Below are positions 12,854 to 25,200 of a stretch of 64,000 bases of DNA, one piece after another. Each line of letters opens with the position of its first letter. The stretch's first letter is position 1. A program made the translations under genes and the position numbers. Source of the stretch: Paraspadella gotoi (taxonomy: Eukaryota; Animalia; Chaetognatha); NCBI GenBank assembly GCA_051294375.1, contig CM119271.1, positions 1,482,721-1,546,720 of the forward strand. Direction: 5' to 3'. The notes below the pieces were generated by a model, which worked only from the letters and a program-made list of their open reading frames with translations, was not told the DNA's origin and did no database searches.

Positions 12854-15800
12854 ATGTCGTCGGATTCTGATTGTCCGCGACTCGTCGGCAGCGACGACGA
12901 CGACTTCTCTGATATCGACGACGACTTCCTGAACTCGGACAATGTCAGTATCACAATTATTGCTCTAAATTAATAATAAAAATTAATGATAGCGTTAAAG
13001 GAATAAGGAATAAATAATAGTGAATAACATTAACGTTGAAACCCATCGTCGCTTGTGATAATTTGTTTTCTTCTCATATCTCAAGTCTTCGGACGATGAG
13101 GGCGACGTACCCAATTTGATCGGAACGGAAGACGATGAGTACGTGAGCGAAGAGGAGGAACATCCAACCATGTAAGGCGTGTGACGGTGTAAACCTCTTT
13201 AAGTTGATGCCAAGAAAGAAAGTATGGTTATGTGAGAAACGGATCAACATCACTATACGTTTGTTTATCTCTTCTGCGTAATACGTAGTTTCCTTTAAAG
13301 TAAAACTTTATCTCTAACACTACCGCCGAAGGGTTTGTCCAAAGTCAGACTCTAAACATTAATATATTGTTCTCAATGAAAATCAAAACCAAACACTTTT
13401 TGAGAACGTCCAGTATTTCTTTCCAGTGTTAAAATGGACTCTTCACGTATCGCTTTTCTCAAACCCCGATCATGTAAGATGAGGAATTTAAGTTGATGGC
13501 GCATCGAGCTCAACCCCCTTTTTTTGCCTTTTTACTTTGATTTTTATACCTTTGATTTTTGAGTGGTGACCGTTTTCTTGCTAAAGGAGTTTCATCTCAT
13601 TCCTCCATCGTTAAATCGATTCCTATCTCCATTCCTCCCCACCCTTGCAGCACAACGTGGAAAGAGATCGCTCGCAAGTGGATCGTCGACTGCAAAAAGC
13701 GGGAAAAGTCTTCCTTCTTCTCCGAGTTCATGCGAGTCTTGAAAATCAAGATTCTCGGTCCCATCATTTTCGGACAAGAAGAGAATCTGACGGAACCCTG
13801 GCTCGACGCTCTACTTCGTTTTAAAGTCTCTCAAAAGTGGGTTCAATTGAAAAAGGGATTTTTATTTTATTGATTGTGATTTTGCAATAAGCCAAATTAC
13901 TAATCCTTACACAAACGATATTTTTCCCGCCGAATCAACGCCAGCACCCGCTCAGTCCCCATCGTGCTGCTCACCGAAGAGTCCATCGGCCGAGTCATCG
14001 ATGCCATCCTCGAGTTCTTCACCCAACTCCTCAATGACGAAAGTCGTCTCGGCATCCTCGTCGATTTTGGACGCCGCCTCGCCAAGCACGACACCGACGG
14101 CGTCAATTCCGCCATGCAGGTCAGAATTAGTTTTGTCTTGTCGCACCTCATATATGAAAATTCAATTTAAATTATTTAATTAGTAATTGAACCACAAACA
14201 ATTATAATAATTTTCCAATTTGAAATAATACTATTAAACCTCCGAGGAAATGGCATAAAAATTTATTAATACCTAATCGAGAAACGACAATATGCAAATG
14301 AGATTTATGTACTCGATCTCATTTCAAATGAGATTCATGTATCCTTGGATCCTTTTCATGCAGCACGCCATGCGGAACAACTCGGATCTCTCCGAACTCC
14401 AGACCAAGATCCTTCGCAATCTGGAGACGGGCCGATGGCCGCACCGGCTGGGCGGCCGGCCGGAACAAAAGGTGACGCTCGTTATCCTCGTCGCCGTCAT
14501 TCACTACTCCCACTTCATCGAGGCTTGGATCAAAGAGAGGAGGAGTCAAGTGGCCGACTTCGAACAGTCCGTCAAATCTGATTTCGAAAAGGTTGGCGGG
14601 GAATGAGAGGTGGGAATCGTGGGGCCTGAGAACGACGAGGGAATATTGGGAATTATTTTTAAAGCTTTTAAGGGCGCGGGTGGAGGAGTTAAAATGATTA
14701 AAATGATGACGAATGATCCTCGATAGATTTATGATAAATATTAAAAAATATGATAAAGGCTTAAATTATCGCGCAGGTTAAGGAACTCCACGCAAAGGGC
14801 AACAGTCAGTTCAGCGAAATCAAAAAGCGGGTCAGCGAGTCGGGATACAAGACGGACTATCGTAAACCAGTCACGACTTACACTGAGGCGCTGAAAAAGT
14901 GAGGGAGACTAAAAAGGAGTTCGGTATTTAGGAAAATAAGCGGCGACTCTTTCCTCCACCCAGAGCGCCCTACCACTTTCTCATCTTCGGCAACCGGTCG
15001 CAGTGTAACCTCGAGATGCGTCGCTTCCACGAGGCCAAAGCCGACGCCTTTCGCGCCGTCGTCATTCAGCCCTCGTGGGCCAAGGGCAATTATCGTTGGG
15101 CCGAAATTTATATGGAGCTAAAAGATTTGGAGACGGCCAAGTTGATCAGCAAAGAAGGTCAATAACTCAATATTAACCGATGTAACAAAGTGAATTAATA
15201 ATAGTATCTTTAAACATTTGTCGTCGCGATTTCTCTTTGAACCGTACGGACATTTCCCCCCCCCCTTCCTTCCCTCAGCCGTTGAGAAATGCAAACTATC
15301 CTTGATCAACAAAGATCGCGACATTTCCGATCTCCAACAACAAAACGCCCGGTTTTTCATCGATCGATCGAAAGAAGCTGCGGCGGCTGCTGCTGCGGCA
15401 ACAGCCAAAGAACCTTCGCCGTCGGAAGGAAAGAAGAAATTGAAAAAAGCCGCGGCTGCGAAAAGGCCGCCGACCGGCCCCGCCCCCGCGCTATCCTCGT
15501 CCGAAGACAACGTCGACGACGACGATATGCCCGGCCTCCTTCCCGCCGACGGAATCGACTCGGACGATCCCGAATACGAGGATCCCATTCAAGGACAGAG
15601 GAGGAAGAAGAAAAAGGGCAAGGCTAAATACTCCTCGCCCTCTAAATCTAAGAAAGACTACAAGACCAACCGGTCGGGCTCAAACAATTTCGGTGCCGCT
15701 GAAGCGCCTAACGCGGAAGCAGCATCCTCCGCCGCGGCAGATAATGCACAAAGCGTGGCGGATGCCGCTCCCGCCTCTGCACCGCTCAACGCCTTCGAGG

Positions 15801-18800
15801 TTAATGAGCGTCTTCGTCGACAGTTGAAGGAATACCTTTCCGCCGGATCGATGGCCATCCTCAACGAGGTCTCCCGCTCCGCCGTCAACGGCTTCGAGAA
15901 AGCCCTGGAGTTCGTGGACAGCCACGAACGTAAAGCCCTTCAATTCGAGGACATCGACGAGGCCATCCTTAAGTACGCCATGGCTGTGGCGCACATCGAC
16001 AGCGGCGTCGAGACCAATATCACAAAGGCCATAGAGTCCTTCAAGGACTTGGCCGAGTGTCCCTTCAGCAACTACCCCTTCGCCTTTCTCGGCGTTGGTC
16101 GCGGCTACGAAAAGCTTAATTTTTTCTCCTTGGCGGTGCCCTGGCTCGAGCGGGGCCTGGAAGCCGTGCAACGGGGAGTCAAGATCACGGGCGGGGTGTC
16201 CTATTGGCCGGGGACAGAGATCGTCATCGAGGAGACCCGTCCTGGGCGCCTGAAGGAGTTGTTGGGGGGCCTGTTGGATCGATGCAAGAACCCGCCGCCC
16301 CCAAATGCGAGGTATCGTTTGAAATGGGAAAAATATAGAATAGACTAGAGTTGAAAGAAAGAAATTAAAAAGTGAAGAAAGGAAAATAAATAAATTAAGT
16401 AAATTTATATGGAGCAGCTTAATAATATTTGGAAATGTATGTTTGCTCTTTTATTTCGTTTCGTTACGAATCCCACCCCCGACCACGTCCCACCCCTCCT
16501 TTCCAGATGCGTCTACGAAGACTGCAAAGAATCCAAGCGAGAGATCTACTTCAACGACATCCCCTTCAACGGTCACGTGACCCTTCAATGTCGCGACAAC
16601 TGTCACTGCGACTTTCATCGGAGTTGCTGGACCCGATTCAAAGGCAACTCCCACAAGTCTAACAAGGACTACCTGGGCAAGGAGTGCATGACCCCGGACT
16701 GCGGCGCCCTAATTATCGAGTACCGCATGGTCGACCACACCACCGTCGAGAAGGTCAAGGAGACGTGGAACGGCGCCGAGGAGAAGAAGGAGAAGTCGCC
16801 GACGTCGACGGCGCCGGCGGAAGGAGCCAAGAGCAAGACCCGACGGGTGCAGCCGAGTAAGGAGAACTTGAAACTAAGACGAGAAAAGAAGGAGGAGAAG
16901 AAGAAGCAAAAGATGGCGGCCAAGGGGAAGGAGGGGGAGGTTAAGGTGGAGGAAACTGAGGAAGAGATGGAGAAAAAAGAAAAAGTGGAGAAAGAGGAGG
17001 AAAAGGAATCGGAATCGGCCGCGGTGGCGTTGCCTGCCATGGAGGAGATGGTCGTGCTGAAAAGTAAAAACGAGGAGGAAGAGAATTCTTCCACGTTTAA
17101 CAAGAAGAAGAAGCACAAGAATAAAGATAAGAACAAACCAGAGAAGATGAACATCGAGATCAACTTCGTGGACGAGCCGAACCGGTGGCTGCAGTCGGAG
17201 AACAACCTCCCGAGACATCTCAGCGAATCACCGATTCCTTTCAACATCTCGTCGTCCTCGGATTCGACTGCTCCAGCTTATCCCTTTCCGTCGACTTCCT
17301 TCGCAGCGAACTCCTTTCCGCCGAGCTTTCCTTTACTACCCTCGCCCTCGCTTTATCCTGAATCCGCTTCAGGTTCCGTGACTTTGTCTCAGGAGAGTCA
17401 CCTGTCCGGCTCGTCGGCGCGCAGCCTCGGCCTTTCCAGCACTTTGGAGGAAGCGGAGTCGAGCTCGTCCTTTTCCGGCGTCGCCGATTCGCAGCAAGTC
17501 GTCGACTCTAACAAGGCGCAGATCGTGGAATCCATCATCGTTTGGTGCGAGCAGATCCTGGACGCGCGAGGCCCCGTGCTCGTCGCCGACCTGGACCAGC
17601 TCGTCAACACGCTCTCCACCGAGTCTCAAGAGGTGCTCGCCGACGAGGGCGGACTCGGCCAAGTACTCGGTCGCGACGCAAACAAAAGATGCCTCATTCT
17701 CCTTGATGAAGACAAGAAAGAGTTCGCTTATTACGCTCCCGATCAATTCGAATTCGCGCTGAGGCTCTTCTTGAATCAGTTGGACGGGGGTACGACACTC
17801 CCTTCGCCACTGATGCCACCGCCTTCGCCACCGCCGCCACCGCCACCGCAACAACCACCCCAAACACAAAACAAGGATACCCTCGTTTCATTCGCCGCCT
17901 CCTTTATAAATCCATTGACTAATAATTCGGCCAATGAAGAAACGTTTAGTGGCGTAAGCGATGTAGAAGGGCACAATCCAAAAACCTCCACTCCTGTTTC
18001 GATCGACGCGTGCGATATTAATATAAAAGAGGAAAGTTTAATGGTTAATGCGGTTAATGAATTAAATAAAGATGTGACGACGATGCTTTCTGTATCCGAA
18101 AAGGCTGATCCAACGTCTGTGATATATTTAAATAAAACTCCCTCTGCTAATAACGAATGTGATGGAAAAGCAACCGTAAACGTGCCTCATCCCGAGCCTT
18201 TAATTAAAAATGTAAATGAGATAGGAGATGAAGGACGAAGCGTTTCTGAAGGCGATACCTCGCGTCCAGTTTCTTCTCTTTTGACTAATTCCTTTTCGAA
18301 GGAAACTATGATCGAAGACGAAAAAGATTCAATTTCTCAAAACGACGAAGAAGCCACGATGATCATTTTTGCTCCGGATACGGGGGCGAAAAGCGCGGGA
18401 AAAACCATTGTCGCCAACGAGCGGCCGCCGTCTGCGGAAGCCCCGTCTTCCGTCGTTCTACCGAAACGCGAAAAAACGCCTCCTCTTATTGGACTCGTTC
18501 GCGGAAGGTTGCTCATCGCGGAATCGGCGAAGTCCGTTTCGGAAAACGGTCCCCTTGCGGCTCAATCAGCCAGTGAGAATGCGCCCATCGTATTAGAACC
18601 CCTCCACGAAAACTCACCCCTCGTATCAGAACCCCTCCACGAAAACTCGCCCCTCGTCGAGGAGTCCGTTCGCGAAAAGTCCCCCCTTGTGAATTCGGAT
18701 TACGAAAACGCGGGGATCTTCAAAAGTCCCAACACTTGGCAATCCCGAGTCAAGGAAGTTACCTCCGGATTGTCCAAAATGCTGGAAAACGTGGACGGCA

Positions 18801-21800
18801 ACGACAACGTCGTGGCGGGTCTCGAATTGGCGGCCGACAAAGCGCTCATCACCATTTCGCCCCTTTTAATTTCCGTGGGATCTCTCCACTTCGAAGGATC
18901 CTCTGAACAGATGACCATCACTAGGGTGGGCATCAATTTCTTTTTAAACAGAGACAGAATGAGTGGAAAAACTTCAGCGTCTAATCAGGCTCGCGTCGTG
19001 GATTGGCCGATCAGAGTATTCGTCAAATCTAACTGTATTAAGAGATGCGCGGGAAATTGGGAGAGGGATCCAGCGCGACTCTTCTTCGCTTTAACCTCCG
19101 CGGGAGGGAAATCGGTCGCCGAGAAATTAGCCATTTCCCGAAATAATATTAATAATGGGGACCCACTTCCTTACGACCCCGACAGTTACGACAACTCTAA
19201 ACGATGGATCACCGTAACTTTTTCTCCTCAATCTTTTAACAAAGAGGATTTCGAATTAATATTTAAATATATTTCCTACTTGAACGGTTACGGGTTGTCC
19301 GCCCAAGAACCGGGAATATTAAAGCGTCTCTCCGACGACGAAGTGGACTCGTTAAGCGAACAGGCTTTGACGCCGTCGAATCGCGACAGAAAAGACGCTA
19401 TAGTGCCGACGGAACCGAAAACAATTTCGCAGGAAACGATGACAAGTTTAACGGGAAAAGACTTGACATCCTTAGAAAATTTAAAGAAAGTCAACAAAGA
19501 ACTCGAAGCAAAGGGGAAGACGAACGAGGCCGAGATTCGCCGCTTGAAGGACGAGTTGGCCAAGAGAGATAACGAAAAGAAAAAGGCGGAGAAGGAGGTG
19601 AGCGAGAGCAAGAAGGTCGTCGCGCAGAAAAGTTGCGAAATCGTTGAACTCAATCGAAGAAAAAGCGAGTCGGAAAAAAAGTTACAGACGAAGATCAGCG
19701 AAAAGGAGAAAGAGCTAACGTCACAGAGAAACATGGTCAAGGAGTTGGAGGATCGCCTGGCCACGAACCAGCAGGTGCTCGAGGACGCGCAATCCAACTC
19801 GCGCGTGGTGACGAAAGAGTGCTTCTTCCAGGGTCAGATGACAGCCAGGCGCTCCTTGCAGCACGCCATCGACGAGCACGCAGCCTTCGAGAGTTTTCTA
19901 GAGGAGAGGCTCAAAGAGTTAGACACCGTCGACTCGGAGGCCAAGATGGGATTGATGGAGGCTTTACGCGATTCCGTCCAGAAGAAGCAAGAGTTGAGGA
20001 AAAATCTTGACAGTTTGGGGGTGACGATGAAGCAGGTTGAGGCGGCCGTGAAGGAGGGGAGATCTATTCACGAGGAATTGAAGAAAGTCTCGATCTTCCA
20101 TAAGGCAGAGTTGGACCGGGAGAGCGTCTTCAAGATCCTGCTCGAGCACCGCCAACGATCCGCGGTCGTCGGCTCGCCTTTGAGGCGTTCAGGTCTTTCC
20201 GCCGACGTCGCTGAGTTTAATCGCGCAGGTTCCGGCGACCTCGGCCCCAGCGCCGATCCAGTTTCCGGCGCCGCTTCCATGGAGAACGCCGTCGACGCCC
20301 ATTTTTTTCAGTCAATGTTTTCACCGCCAGCTCCGGCGCCCGGCATGCTGCCTCATCGCGCCAGCCCCATCCTCCCAGTTGGGTTCAACGCCCCATCCGT
20401 CACTTCGCCCCTTCATCTTCCCCCTGGTATCTCGACACCGTTGTCCCGCGGTGTTCCTCCAGTCGGTCAGAACGCCAACTCTTTTGGGCTCGGGCCTCAT
20501 CTTTCCGGCCTCGGTTTGGGTTATCCGGAAGATCACGGTCCTTATCTCGGCGCCAACGGATTCGGGACGCCGCTAAACGGAAGAATGGGCGTTCCCTCGA
20601 CCCTGTCTCCGATGACGTTGGTCAACGGTACGTCCCCGGGCCCGATGTCTAACGGTCACTCGGCGATGATATTGCAACCGCCACAGCAGCAGCAGAGGCG
20701 CGCTACTCCGACTCCGCCGGCGGCGGCGGCCGCCGCTCCCGCTGCCCCTGCCCCTCCGTCGCGTCGGCCGCTGGCGGGCATCGAGAAGCTCATCCACGAG
20801 CTGAAGCAGCTTCACCCTGGTGTCGACGAGGGCCTCATGAAATATCACATCGCCGAAGTTCGTAGGGAAAAAGGCGGGAAGCTTAGCGGCACGCCAATGC
20901 ATCGACTAGTCGAGGAGGTCTCGGCTAAGCTGCGGGGCAGGACGGATCGTCAACCTGCCACTCGCTACGTCCCACCGGCCAGCCTTCAAGAAAAGTGAGA
21001 TAAGCATAGGGCGAGGGGTCTGGGGTAGAGATTCCTTAATCGTTAAAAATTAACCGTTAATAACGGCGAAAAATTTTTGGAACTAAACCGTAATTTTTTT
21101 TATTTTAACGGTTAAATTCGGTTAAATTTTATTTTTTGTAATTTAGATATTTTGGTAAAAAATATTTTGTTTTCTTTAACTTATTATGTTTTTAGAGAAA
21201 TTTTTCTTAAAACAAAGTGAAGCGCTTAAATCAGACTCACTTTTTTTTAATATAAATACAAGTTTTACATATTTAGAAAAAGTTTTAAATTTTATTTCAA
21301 CAACTATTTTAATTCATAAAGAAATGTACATGTTTCGACTCTTGTTACGAGTCTTCATCAGCGTTAACGAAGTTTTTGAAATGCTATACTGTGGCAGCAA
21401 GACTTAAAGCTGCCTCACTGCTGTCCGTCCTCAGCCTCGTCTCAATGGCTGAGCAGGCTAAATCATCTCATTCCATCCGTGCGTCCTGGGTTCAATCCCT
21501 GGGTATCCCGGTTCTGGCTTAAATGTGACGGTGCCGGTATAAACATGCCAGTGACAGGAGGCGGTCACTGAGGGTCCGCAGCCCCTATGCCAGTTGGTGA
21601 GATACCCCGCGCCCGGGTATCACAGGCTATCCTCCCGTTGCCATAAGTGGTGAGCCCGACTCTCGAACACGCAACCGCTGCGCACCGTGCGCCCACGCTT
21701 ACGTCGCTTTAGGGTATGCATATCACGCCTATGCCCTACTTCTCTGGTAATGCTCCAGACTCGCTCGCTCGCTCGCTCCGCTCGCTCTCACTATGGCAAT

Positions 21801-22179
21801 GAGATCAAACACCTTCTCTCAGACATCTCCTCAGGATTGAGGCCCCTGTGGAGAAGTCTGGTGGGGGATCCTGTGGCAGCAAGACTTAAAGCTGCCTCAC
21901 TGCTGTCCGTCCTCAGCCTCGTCTCAATGGCTGAGCAGGCTAAATCATCTCATTCCATCCGTGCGTCCTGGGTTCAATCCCTGGGTATCCCGGTTCTGGC
22001 TTAAATGTGACGGTGCCGGTATAAACATGCCAGTGACAGGAGGCGGTCACTGAGGGTCCGCAGCCCCTATGCCAGTTGGTGAGATACCCCGCGCCCCGGG
22101 TATCACAGGCTATCCTCCCGTTGCCATAATACCAAATTTTTCTAAAAGAAGAGAGAGAGAGAGAGAGAAAAGAGAGAGA

Positions 22180-22224
<45 letters not shown>

Positions 22225-25200
22225 TGTGTGTGAAATAGAAAATAGAAGCTTTGCTCTCTCTCTCTCTCTTTCTCTCTCTCTTAACGCTGATGAAGACTCG
22301 TAACAAGAGTTGAAACAAGTGTTTCTTTTTGAAATAAAATCGTTATTGAAATAAAGTTTAAAACTTTTTTAAAAAAATATTTACTACACAACAAAAAGAA
22401 TGGACAATAGACAAAGTTTTTATATTTATTATTTAATTTATATTATGTTATTTTCTATCTTTTTCCTTCTTATTTTTTGACATTACTTAAGTTGTCTTTT
22501 GTCTTTTGTCATTCTTGTCCGAGTCGTAATTTGGCGAGACTCCTGATCAATTTTTAGTTCGTTTTATGACTTACAAAAAGTAGCATCGCCCGTCCTGAAC
22601 TTGAGTTTTACAGGATTTTTATTGACATTTTGATATAAAATACAAGTTTTTAAATCTTTATCTCTACTTTTCATTCATCATTTACTTTAACACCTGATAT
22701 CACGAGCGTGATATATACCAAGTTATTTCAATTTTTTTTTGTATTGGCCTGCCATGAATGACTATTAAAAATTTACTTTGGAAACTGTCAAGATTGCTAG
22801 TTGCACACTGATTTTCAATGAAAATAATATCTTTAAAACAGACCGTATCCTTAAATTTTTGTGGGCTGAGATGAGTAAAAACAAGTCAGCACAAAGCTCT
22901 ATGAAAGTTTTTAAAAAATTAGGTTTTGAAAAAATATATTCTGAACTACTCAGTGTAAGCAGAGAAGTGCAAAAGAAAATTTTATCTCTTAACTCAAAAC
23001 TTTAACTTTTGATCCTTTTTAAAGATAGTGATTATGAGCTTCTATCTTTTTTTAAATTTAATAGCTATCATCGATTTTAACCGTTAACGGTTAAATAAGT
23101 CGATTTTTAACGGTAAACCGACGTTGTAGAAAAATTAACGGTTAAGGAAAACACTAGTCGGGGGAGAGTATAAAGTGAATCTAGAGTTGTAGCTTGTGCA
23201 GAATTCACTTGCTGCTTTCATTTATAACCAATACGATTTAAAAAAGTCTTGTAGTAAAAGGAAAATTTATTAAAAATGAAAAGTGTAATCATTGTGAAAA
23301 ATGGAGGTTGTCCCCATGCCCTGCTGACGCTGTGAATAGCTCCCACGCTTTGGTTGGAGGTTTCACCGACCTGTTACTAATTTATAAGGACCGTTCCGAC
23401 ACATTCTTCACACTATAAAATGAGGTGGTGGTTTTTTGTGACCCGAATATCTTCCGTAATACTAAGTCTAACCGTATATTCGCCAATGTAATATCACCAT
23501 ATGACAGAGAGAGAGTCTTGCTTGAAAGCTTGGTTTGTATTTGGAAAGATATGACTTACGTATATTCATAATTTCATTTTCGAGAAATTTTAAATATAAA
23601 AAAAAATTTGAAACAGAGAACAGAAAAATGAGAATTAACTTCTTTTGTTTTAAAAGAGGCTGCAATTCCTCGACTGTGGACTGTGGATATATTTTAAATA
23701 ATGATAAACGAAAATTGATGAAAACCCTAAGTCGGAGGAAATTGACCTCATGACCTTTAATATTTAATAGTGAGAAAGAGATAGAGAAATAAATTGAGAA
23801 AAAGAGAGAAATATTTAATGAAAGGCCGAAAAATCGAGTGTTTCTCATTCTATTGTTGAGGCAATTTCTTATAACTATGATGGTTCTTAACAAAATTGTT
23901 TAAATTCTTGTGAGAAATGGAAACTTAATTAATAGCTCTTTTTTTTTGAAAAGCAAGAGATTGACTCAACCCTACAAAAAACTTTTTTAGATGCGTCGAA
24001 AAAAAGTAATAATTAAATGAAATATATATTAGTCTAATAATATTTTTATGATTAATTAATAATTATAATAAAAAATATGTCAACGAACCCGTAGGGTAGG
24101 TCGAGGCCTCCTCGGTATCTCTCCCGTCGCGTAGCTGTACTGAAGCCCGCCGTCCTCAACGTCCCTCGAAGCCGTCGTCGGAAAGGGGCGCGGCGACGCC
24201 CGGCGCCGATGGGCGAGCGCCGGGAATATCGGAGCGCCGTGTCGAAGACGGGAAGGCTCGCGGTCGCCGGTACCGGCACCGCGAGGGTGGTCGACGAGGT
24301 GTCGCGAGAGTGTGGTCTTAAGACGTGACCACGAGTCCGTCCACAAGTCTGAGGGTCAAGTCTGTGGTGTCACAAGTCTCTCCACTAGACTGCCCACTCG
24401 CATGAGGCCGTAAAGTCTCCGGGGCTCAAAGGCCTGGCCTAAAGGGCTCTGTGAAACGGTATCATGACAAAGGTATGACTTGACGTGACGTGGGGTTGGC
24501 CTGACTCCGTAAAAGGCCGTTTTTGGACGGGCTGAGAAAAGGGTCTAAAGTCTATGGCCTAATATATCTGGTAAAGAGAAAGAAAAGGGAGAGTAATCTC
24601 CAAGAAAAGCAAAGGCGCAATCTACAAAAAGGTCAAAGAAATGGTAAAACAAAATGGCAAAGAAATAAATAGAAATGGCATCGCCATTTCTCTACAAAAT
24701 ATCAAATAAATTATCTAAATTACAAAATAAAAAGCCTTCGACCTAGATCTCCGGTCAATTAAAGAGAAAATTAATGACGCGAAATACTGCGCTCTGATTG
24801 GTCGATCGGATCTCGTGGAGAAAGGAGAATTCCTTTCGCATGAATCGAACGATCGGAGCACCGGATTCTCAAATCCGAGTTCGCGTTTATAATAGGGGGA
24901 GACTAACTCAGTAAGGTGGTTAAGAAATTTGAATTAAGCACCTGCTCAAACGAAAATTTAGACATTTTTTAACAAATTTGAATAGACAATTTTTTTTAAT
25001 ATTACTTCATACTCCATATATTAATTTTTTATTATTTATTTATAAATAGGAAAGGCTAAAATTTTTTTTCAAATTTTTTTTATTTTAAGATCAGATTCAG
25101 GTAGCTTGCAAAAAGTTGTCTACACAAAGTATAATTCTTTTTTCGATATTTTGATCATAAGTGTGTGAAAAATATGAAAAACTATTATTATTATCATCAT

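Larger units (their letters stand above)
21026..23156. mobile_element. Non-autonomous hAT-type DNA transposon
   Basis: TIRs tagagattccttaatcgttaa / ttaacggttaaggaaaacacta; 8-bp TSD gtctgggg / gtcggggg; taaccg/cggtta subterminal repeats; possible transposase relic ~22780-23000. Confidence 0.75.

Noticed and set aside
21550-21645. Hammerhead or other known ribozyme in the TRIM LTR (retrozyme)
   Set aside because: CUGAGGG lacks the CUGANGA...GAAA core; hairpins are present but match no ribozyme consensus I recognise
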